From Eledone cirrhosa (Eukaryota): 64,000 nt of DNA. Shown piece after piece: positions 55,656 through 64,000 of the stretch; position 1 is the first letter of the stretch, and every line of letters starts with the position of its first letter. A model generated the notes under the pieces. It did not search any database, was not told the origin of the DNA, and saw nothing but the letters and a program-made list of their open reading frames with translations. The stretch spans positions 141,918,001-141,982,000 of the forward strand of contig OZ024742.1 of the NCBI GenBank assembly GCA_964016885.1. The letters run 5' to 3'. Made by a program: the position numbers and the translations under genes.

Positions 55656-57268
55656 TCCCCCACTAACACCACTAACACACCCCTCCTTTTCACCGCCCAC
55701 CCCACACTAACAATACTAACACCTCCACTCCACCCCTCATCTGACCACACTTCCCCAACTAACATACTAACATCCCTTCCCTCCCCTCTTCTCCTCCTCC
55801 CCCTCCTTATCACACGCACACACCCACCGGCACATATATACACGCGCTCACACTAAACACACACCCTACTACCACCACTAACCCTCACCCCCACACCTCT
55901 CACCCCCACACCTCCATCCCACCACCCCGCAACTAACCTCACTAACACCCCCTAACCCCAAGCACACGAACACACGCACCCACTTACACCACCCACCCCA
56001 CACGCAACTAACATCACTAACACCCCCAACCCCACGCACACGTACCCACACACCCTCGTACACCACCAACTCTACACACCCTACCACCACTAACCCCCAC
56101 TCACACCTGCATTCAACCACTCCCCACCTCCCGTATACTAACACCCACTAACACCTCTTCATCAAACTACACACACACCAGTACACCACACTGCCTCCAT
56201 AGAACCACACACACCCTTCTTTCTCCCCGCTCCACCCACACCCTCGCTCCACACTCACTCATCCCACTAACACCCCTACTAATACACACACACACACACA
56301 CACCCTCCTCACTCCAACTTTCACACCTACCCATCCTCGCCCCCTTACCATTCCACCGACTGCTGCTATGCCATCTGACCACCTCCCAGCACTAACAGAC
56401 CACAGCACTCCCACTGCTGACCACTTCCTGTTGCGCGCGCACCCCACATCTCTCCTCTTCCGACCACCGCTTCATGGATTACCCACACGCAGAATTTGAC
56501 TTACAACCAATCCACTATACATCCTTGGAACTTACCAACTTTTCAACCATCCTCTTACGTAATTACCTATATAACTCACCCACACACACACCCAAAAAAA
56601 AATTTTTTCTCCACACGCCACCCACACCACAACACGCTTAAACCCCACATACACGTGCTTCCCACCACATATTTACACCCTCAGCCTCCTGATTCCTCTC
56701 CCCCCAGCCCCCTATCCACACACGCACAGACACTCCGACCCACAAAAACACCCCCCACACACACCTCTTCCTGAACATGCAACCCCGTTCTTCCCCCAAC
56801 TCTTACTTTCACATACACACATACACACACACACACACGCACACCTACACACACACACCACCTTCAGCCCTCCCCGCTCGGACACCCCGTCTCCCTCTCC
56901 CCACTCCACCCGCCACCACCCTACTCACCCCACACCCTTCCACCACCTGTTTACCCCCCTTTTAATTTCAGTTTATTTTGATCATGCCTTTATTTTTAAA
57001 TTTTCTCATTCCCTGTATTTTGATCATGCTTTATTTTTATTTTTTATCTTTATTTGTTTTTTTTCATTCGCACCGTTTCCTTTCGCTATATGTCTCTCCA
57101 CCACTCCCCTACACACCTTTTGAACTCTGTTCCCACACACTTCTCACCTGAGGAAGGGCTTATGCCCGAAACGTCGTCCCCCACCTACCCCCCACTCTCC
57201 TGAGCGTGAAATTAATAAACATTTATTGTACTGCCTCTCTGTTTTGTCCCTGTTCAAATTTTTCCATT
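55656..57268 (+). mobile_element. Second Neptune-like PLE copy, 3' UTR only
   Basis: Colinear with 35600-37102 (gaccacttcctgttgcgcgcgcacccc, cgttcttcccccaactct, gagcgtgaa..taataaac..ctgcctctctgtttt). Confidence 0.88.
57148..57178 (+). ncRNA. Hammerhead core with GTC triplet
   Basis: CTGAGGA agggc-ttat-gccc GAAA c-gtc-g TC; stem I not evident. Confidence 0.6.
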
Positions 57269-58027
57269 ATATATATATATATATATATATTATATATTAT
57301 ATATATATACATAAACGGAGAAAGCTAATAGCGATACTCCGGCCAAATTCCAACTCACTCAACAAACATTAGGAAATATCTGAGTATATTCCTAATTAAA
57401 CGTTCGGGGTGCTAACTATATTGTATTGTGTGGAGAATTGGCTGTATCATTTCATATGAGATATATCAAATATATCACTTCCCAGACGACTTGTTTCATT
57501 ATAAGATTTCTACAAGTTGGGTGAAATTATGTAGAAGCTTGTATAAGATCAACAGATACTTATACAAGTGGGCTCTTATAATTCTTCAGTGGGTGGTCCT
57601 TAGCTATAGGTAATTTTACGAAACTTAAACTTGCTGCTCCCATGCCCTAATCATGTTTCAATTAACAAAAACACGGGGTTAGATCAATCGGACAACTGAA
57701 GTTGGAACATAGTATACTCAACGATTAATTCTGTTCAAAAGTGGTATACTGTTCCCTGTCTTGACTATTTTCTTTTTTCTTCTTAGAGAAATTTGTGTGG
57801 ACACATCTAGGCAACCGTAGCAAATGTTTTGAAATGTTCTGAATCAAATTTACCAATAGTTAATTTGAAAAATTCCTGAAATAACATGGAAAACTTAAGA
57901 AATATTAGGTTTTCTTAATAAAGCACACAACTTCTATAAGAGAAACACTTTTCTATTTACAACAATAATTTCTATAGAATCAAAAACATAATGTGAACAC
58001 TGAACACTGAACACTGAATATTGAACA

Positions 58028-58124
58028 GTTAAACTTTGCCTTTCATCCTTACGGGGTCGATAAAATAAAGTACCAGTAATACACTGGGATAATTGCTGGC
58101 CTTGTGCCAAAAGTAGAAACAATT
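58028..58124 (+). mobile_element. SINE partial copy
   Basis: SINE core. Confidence 0.85.
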
Positions 58125-58144
58125 ATTTTTGTATAAGAGAGGAT

Positions 58145-58485
58145 TTAGTGGAAGTTGGGTATGTTTTACAGTTTTCGGTAACGAACTGTAAAACAAATTA
58201 ACAAATTGTTTCTCAGTTTCATCTTTCTGCAACATCATTCACAACAACTGTCTTCTCAAGTTTTTCAAGTCTACTTCTGTAACCAGGATCATCTTTCCAT
58301 GTTGAAGGATCTTTGTCGAGGAAATCGGTGCTGATAGAAAATCTCGCGAGGATAGTTTTTATACCAGGAGTTACAAAAGACGAAAACTCGATGTTTGTAA
58401 AAGAAGAAAAGTCATTTTGGTGCAGAATGTACCTCTTCAGTTGAATTGGTCACCTTTGTCTGCTTCCAGCATGATTTGCCTTAAC
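58145..58485 (-). pseudogene. DDE DNA-transposase C-terminal remnant
   Basis: Manual translation FLDKDPSTWKDDPGY..VVVNDVAER then KDETEKQF; resembles the VVNDxAER catalytic-Glu helix of cut-and-paste transposases; superfamily not assigned. Confidence 0.5.
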
Positions 58486-58780
58486 CTCTCCTTGCTCACC
58501 TTTCCCCACTGCTCTCCTTACTCTCCTTGCTCTCCTTGCTCACCTTTCCCCACTGCTCTCCTTACTCTCCTTGCTCTCCTTGCTCTCCTTGTTCGACTTT
58601 TCTCCTTCCTCTCCTTGCTCTCCTTGTTCCCCTTGCTCCCCCTTTCTGATGGCTCACTTTGCTCTCCTTGCTCTCCTTTTATATTTTTCCCATTACTCTC
58701 CTTGCTCTCCATTTCTCATTGCTCTCCTTGCTCATCTTTTCTCCTTCCTCTCCTTTCTCTCCTTGCTCTCCTTTTCTCCT
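58486..58780. repeat. Pyrimidine-rich degenerate 9-mer repeat (ctctccttg)
   Basis: Direct reading. Confidence 0.85.
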
Positions 58781-58888
58781 TGTATTTATGTACTTGTTTA
58801 TATACACATACAAAAAGAAAAGGGGAGAAAGGAGAAATATCAAAGCAAGGATAGTAAGGAGAGTATATATATATATACATATTATATA

Positions 58889-58983
<95 letters not shown>

Positions 58984-58985
<2 letters not shown>

Positions 58986-59200
58986 GAGTAGGACCCCGAC
59001 GGCTGAGCTCAAGCCGTTTCGACGGCTAGTTCTGGACTAAAATTTGGATTCATTCTGGATTTTAGTTCAGAATTAGCCGTCGAAACGGCTTGAGCTCAGC
59101 CGTCGGGGTCCTACTCGTTCCTATTACCCACTCTACTACCCTAAGTATTGAGTACTTTGGTGCGTTATGGTCCATCTGGTTCCTTACCACATTTCCTTCG

Positions 59201-59202
<2 letters not shown>
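58984..59202. mobile_element. Family C fold-back copy with the longest arms
   Basis: Arms about 58984-59045 and 59058-59118; tail to 59202. Confidence 0.88.
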
Positions 59203-59250
<48 letters not shown>

Positions 59251-59253
<3 letters not shown>

Positions 59254-59418
59254 GAAGTTCTATTTAAATTGTTGGGATACAACAAGCAAATATTTTTATA
59301 ACTGATATAAAGCACTCAACAAATTATTGGAGTAAAACAGCGCACCATAATTTAACTTGGTGTCCTTGAAATATGTATAATGAAATAAATATGGTTTTAT
59401 AAATATAGTTTCCATATC

Positions 59419-59420
<2 letters not shown>
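59251..59420. mobile_element. Family A insertion: minus-strand tail joined to a plus-strand short end
   Basis: 59251-59335 matches the 49169-49252 tail; 59366-59420 matches the 55233-55296 terminus. Confidence 0.8.
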
Positions 59421-59468
<48 letters not shown>

Positions 59469-59525
59469 CTCAATACCCAGTGCTCATTTCTCTCAGCTGT
59501 CAACCACACACGGATATATGTATAT

Positions 59526-59903
59526 TAGGGTGGCCTTAGCAATAGGTAATTTTCCGAAAGTTAAAATTTTGCTGCGCCCACAGCGAAAAATAGGTGTTTG
59601 CCCTATACATGCGCTCTGTCCCAGCTTTGCAAGTTGCCTTCCCCATTATGTTTATTGTCTCTTTTCCTTCTAATACCAAGAATAAGTCTGAACAAGTTTT
59701 TTTTTTAAGAGAAAATTATATAAGAGATAAAAGGTTTTTATATGCAAAAATGACTTTCCGGGCGAAAACTTCAAAATTTGAAGGTCGCCTTTCAGATGTC
59801 CGCTTAAGGTAAAGTTTTGCATAGATTGGTGTTTTGTTAATTGAAACAAGATAGGGGTTGGGTGGGAGCTACACTTTTAGAACGTTGAAAAATAAGGGCC
59901 ACC

Positions 59904-59906
<3 letters not shown>
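59526..59906. mobile_element. MITE-like TIR element (Tc1/mariner-like) inserted in a TA tract
   Basis: Ends tagggtggcc(c)tta and taagggccacccta; non-coding interior. Confidence 0.7.
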
Positions 59907-59965
<59 letters not shown>

Positions 59966-59970
<5 letters not shown>

Positions 59971-61600
59971 ATACTTCGGGAGGGTCGTATTTGTGTAATA
60001 ATATTGCCAGAATTAATAACAGACCACACTCACTGTTTGGTTGGTTTTCACTTCTGTGTCTTTTATATCGGTTAATTTAATTTATTCGGTCCTCAATGTT
60101 ACCATTGACTGACCAACGGTCAAAAATTCAGATACAATATAGACACAAACACATATATATAGTCTAACAAAGTTCTTTCGTTGCACATCTACAACATCGT
60201 CAGTGGTGCACATCTGCAACATCGTCAGTGGAAACACCCATGTTTCCTCCCGTTGCATTGTATGCCTACGCCATCTTTATTTAGTCTGTTTATTTATTTA
60301 TTTATTTGTTGTTTTTTTTTGTCTTCTTTGCGCATGCGTTTGCGTGTGTGTATAGTGTTTTGTTTGATGTGTGTTCTTGTTTGGGTGACTATATTGGTTA
60401 ATGTATTCTATCTTAGTTTACTAGTGTTTGTTTATATGTGTTTGTTGTTATTGTGCTTGTGTATGTATTTATTTATTTATTATTTATTTATTTATTTATT
60501 TATACTTCTCTTAGGTCAGTGTTGTTTGTTTGGGTGTTGTTATTCCATTCATTTTTTTCTGTTTATCCTTGGCCTTCTAAATTCTATTTCGCTGGCCTCT
60601 AAGATTTGCCTATCTGGTGGGTCATTTCTATGTTTAGATATTCTAACTTCTGTGTTGTCTATGTTACCGTTGCGTTGTTGTCTGGCATGTTCGTATAGTA
60701 CTGAACCGTTTTTCGTCCTTTTAGTTCCCCCCAGTGTTGGTCTATCCTTTCACCTATGCTACGAGCTGTCTCGCCTATGTATGTTGTTGTCATGTTTCTG
60801 CAAGTACCCTCTGTACATCTTATGCTATAGACTACGTTTCTAGTTTTACAGTTTATCTGGCGGTTTACTTTACATATGATACATTTCATATTAGTACAGT
60901 GGGTTTGCTTAAAAGGGTAGGTTTTGCTGATCAGAGATTTTATGGTGGTTCCTGGCTTTTCTACCACCTTAATCTTTAAGTGGGGATTTCTCAGGGCCTT
61001 TCTACACTGGTTAGCTAATTTCCCTCCAAGGGGTAGCGTCCACAAACATGACACTCTGGTATCTCTGGTTGTCGTACAATGAGGTGGCTTTCCCTATCTT
61101 ATGTCTAGTCCTATCTAAGCTATTCCATGATTTGCTCCTGTATAATGGGCAAATTCCTTTCATGTCCAGTTCTATGAGGGTCTTATACTTCTCCGTGGCT
61201 CCTTCGTATACTCTGATTCTGTCTCTTTGGTTGTACCCAGAGAACTGCATGCGGTTGATGAAGTGTTGGATGTGTCTTTCCATTTTTGTTGGATCGCACA
61301 CACGGGACACGTTCTTCATCACTCGTACCAAGTCTGCGATCCAGTCTACTGGACATTGCTGAGTTTTGAGTATCATATATTTGGAGGCCATGGGTTTAGC
61401 ATAGTGTGAGTGGAGAATTAGGGCTCTCTCGTCTATAGTGTTAATCCAAAGTTCTGTGCCTAATACAGGTAGTCTATTGTTAGGGTGTTTGGAGGGGTAG
61501 TCGATAGTTACAGTTATACTCTGGTGTATGGAATTAGCTATCTGCTGGATGCTTTCCATTGTGCTACGTTCTAAATCAAACTTGTTAGTGCTCTCTTGTG
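59966..61600 (-). mobile_element. 5'-truncated, frameshifted PLE (RT thumb plus GIY-YIG; Naiad-like motifs, tentative)
   Basis: ANSIHQSITVTIDYPSKHPNNRLPVL..HYAKPMAS; CxxxxCxxC..CKTRNVVYSIRC..YIGETARSIGERI..H; hammerhead and family G terminus downstream. Confidence 0.88.
60171..60231 (-). ncRNA. Hammerhead-like core with a 25 bp internal duplication
   Basis: Minus strand reads CTGACGA tgttgcagatgtgcacca CTGACGA tgttg-tagatgtg-caac GAAA gaac. Confidence 0.55.
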
Positions 61601-61613
61601 GATATATATATAA

Positions 61614-61714
61614 TGAAGGAAGTATAGTAAGGAACCAGGTGGACCATAACGCACCAGAGTACTCGATACTTTGGGTAGTAGAGTGGGTAATAGGAAAAGG
61701 TTCAGGACCTTTTC
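61614..61714. mobile_element. Family C tail with a minimal hairpin
   Basis: Tail matches 4075-4143; ends gaaaaggt-tcagg-accttttc. Confidence 0.8.
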
Positions 61715-61732
61715 ATATATATATATATATAT

Positions 61733-62368
61733 AAAAATTCGAAAGTAATGTATGTTTAATATATCCCACACGAGTAAAAATATAGGAAAGGATGATGAAA
61801 ATGCAATTGGCGGTTTTAAGAAGGTTTATTTACAATAACTTTACGGCTTTCACAAGCTCCATGATTTCAAAAGATAAGAGTGGTGGGGAGATGTGTGGCT
61901 ATGCCGACTTGTAACTCTCATCTAACTGATGCTGGAAATTTCTTTTAGTTTTATGCAGAAAATGTTCAGATTGCTATATGTTTGAGGGACAATTTGATAG
62001 GTTGAAGATCACGTGATTAGGCATTGAATTTTGTGGTAATTTCACGGGAGTGTCATGGTTTACTGAATATCAAAACAGTGGTAATTTGTGTTTATTGTGT
62101 TCAGTAGTGTGAACACATGAAAAACAGATGTAAAAGGACACACACACACACACACATATTTATATATACCAGATGCGAGAAAAACCACAAACCCTCCATC
62201 CCAATTCTACTTTTTAAAAAGCATAAGAACTGTGAAACCGGTAAAAGAAACAAATAAATATTCTTAAAAAGACTCCAATTGCATTTTCGATTTCTTTTCC
62301 TGATATTTTCAGTCGTGTAGGACATCTCGTTTTTTTTATTTTTGCATCTAAAAAAAATCCTCATTTTC
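61733..62368. mobile_element. Diverged family D-related termini in opposite orientations
   Basis: 62170-62368 aligns to the family D element at 9650-9865; 61765-61880 is a more distant minus-strand relative. Confidence 0.55.
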
Positions 62369-62656
62369 TTTCCTCAATTACCAACATGGATTCCGTGAGT
62401 TAAGTTCGAAATTTCAAGTACTTTGTTAAAAACGTATTATGCGCAAGTTATTGGGTAGCCATTCTTCTCTGAGTATAAACATTTCTCGCTTTCGATTGTT
62501 ATTCTCACCATCTACAAATCTAGGAGAGGAAGGGGTGAGGGGGTTATTGCAGAATGTCCGTGAGAAAATGCAGTTAAATATAAGGGATTTTTGGTATTGA
62601 AAAGATTGACAACCACAGATATACATACAAACACACACACATACACACACACACAT

Positions 62657-62713
<57 letters not shown>

Positions 62714-62790
62714 CTTACACACACACATATATATATATATATTCGTTTGTTTATTATGTGCTGTCTTGGAGCAAAGAATCTTTAATAGAA

Positions 62791-62890
62791 ATAATTGTTT
62801 CTACTTTAGGCACAAGGCCAGCAATTACCCAGTGTATTACTGGTACTTTATTTTATCGACCCCGTAAGGATGAAAGGCAAAGTCAACCTT
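62791..62890 (-). mobile_element. SINE partial copy
   Basis: Reverse complement of the SINE core. Confidence 0.85.
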
Positions 62891-62908
62891 TAATAGAAAT
62901 AATACAAG

Positions 62909-62991
<83 letters not shown>

Positions 62992-63253
62992 GTGTGTGTG
63001 TGTGTATGCATGTGTATGGAGCGTATACAACCATATTTATGGATACTAAACACCCATTTCTATAATACATCTTTGTATAATCTTATCTCAATATAAATTC
63101 TATTTATATTTTTCTGTTTCCCCACATCTCTTTCTTTCTCTCTGTCCTATATATCTATGTGTGTGTATGTATGTGTGTGTGTGTGTATGTATACACCCCT
63201 ATGTATTTGTGTGCATCTATAAAATATGTTTATTTCATGTAATTACTGTTTAT

Positions 63254-63342
63254 TGCCTTTCATCCTTACGGGGTCGATAAAATAAAGTACCAGTAATGTA
63301 GTGGGTAATTGCTGACCTTGTGCCTAAAGTAGAAACAATCAT
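63254..63342 (+). mobile_element. SINE partial copy
   Basis: SINE core. Confidence 0.85.
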
Positions 63343-64000
63343 TATTTTCGTAAAGATTTCAAACAGTTAATGGACATTTTTTTAGGGGGAAAAAACGAGT
63401 TCTTTTATACATTAGCATGAAATGATATCAATATTATGTCTGGCAAGAAGATTGCATGAAGATAGTCAATAGTTATTTAGTAATAGCAATGAAGATCACA
63501 CCATCATAAACACACAATGACGTTCCAGGTGTAATGTGATAGAATCAGTGGTCTCATGGAATATATGATGTGTTATTTGTACAACTGGTTTGGAGAGGAG
63601 AAAAATAATGTTCCAACTTTCAATTTAACTGTAAATATCGCTTGAAACGATTCCTAGCAACCTTTCAATAGAAATATTACTAACTGTTAAATTCCTCTAT
63701 CAAAATATAAACAAATATAATAAAAAAACTAGTATTGAGATTTCGGAGCTGTAGTTGTTTGGCAAGTAACTTGATCTGAGACCATGGCTTGAAACTTAAG
63801 CCGTTACATTGTGGAAGAATCAATTTGGACATTTAAATCATACACAAATTCTTAAATTCACTTTACATTTATTATTTATTCCTTGCTGTCAAACCTTTTG
63901 CATTGTTTGTGACGTGGTCACTGGCATAGTTACGCAGCAACTGAATTAGAGACCAGGTCACAAACAATGCGCCGAGTATTTTGACTTCAAGAAATAATAA

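Overview
This is an AT-rich eukaryotic (metazoan, probably cephalopod/octopus-like) non-genic window with no recognisable host gene. Almost all listed ORFs are artefacts of (TA)n/(CA)n/(GA)n microsatellites. The window is a mosaic of mobile elements: Penelope-like retroelements (PLEs) of three divergent RT types, a tRNA-derived SINE in about 18 copies, RTE LINE fragments, a DD37D (maT) Tc1/mariner transposase, a small TIR element and two non-autonomous Helitrons. The main signal is a recurring architecture seen about 15-20 times, from roughly 100 bp to 6.1 kb and in several unrelated sequence families: (TA)n - arm - short loop - inverted arm - one-sided 55-110 nt tail - (TA)n. The largest case is a near-perfect 6 kb palindrome (49256-55297) of a 5'-truncated RT/GIY-YIG PLE. 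Many arms carry minimal type I hammerhead ribozyme cores, one with a U3-A8 covariant. Most tails begin with a conserved, covarying bulged hairpin (ACTC-stem-loop-stem-2 nt bulge-GAGT) located 4-8 nt beyond the end of the short arm. Hammerheads, inverted termini and tails are known for PLEs in general; the cross-family tail hairpin and the swarm of miniature fold-back elements are the potentially new parts. All alignments and folds were done by eye and coordinates are approximate to a few nt.
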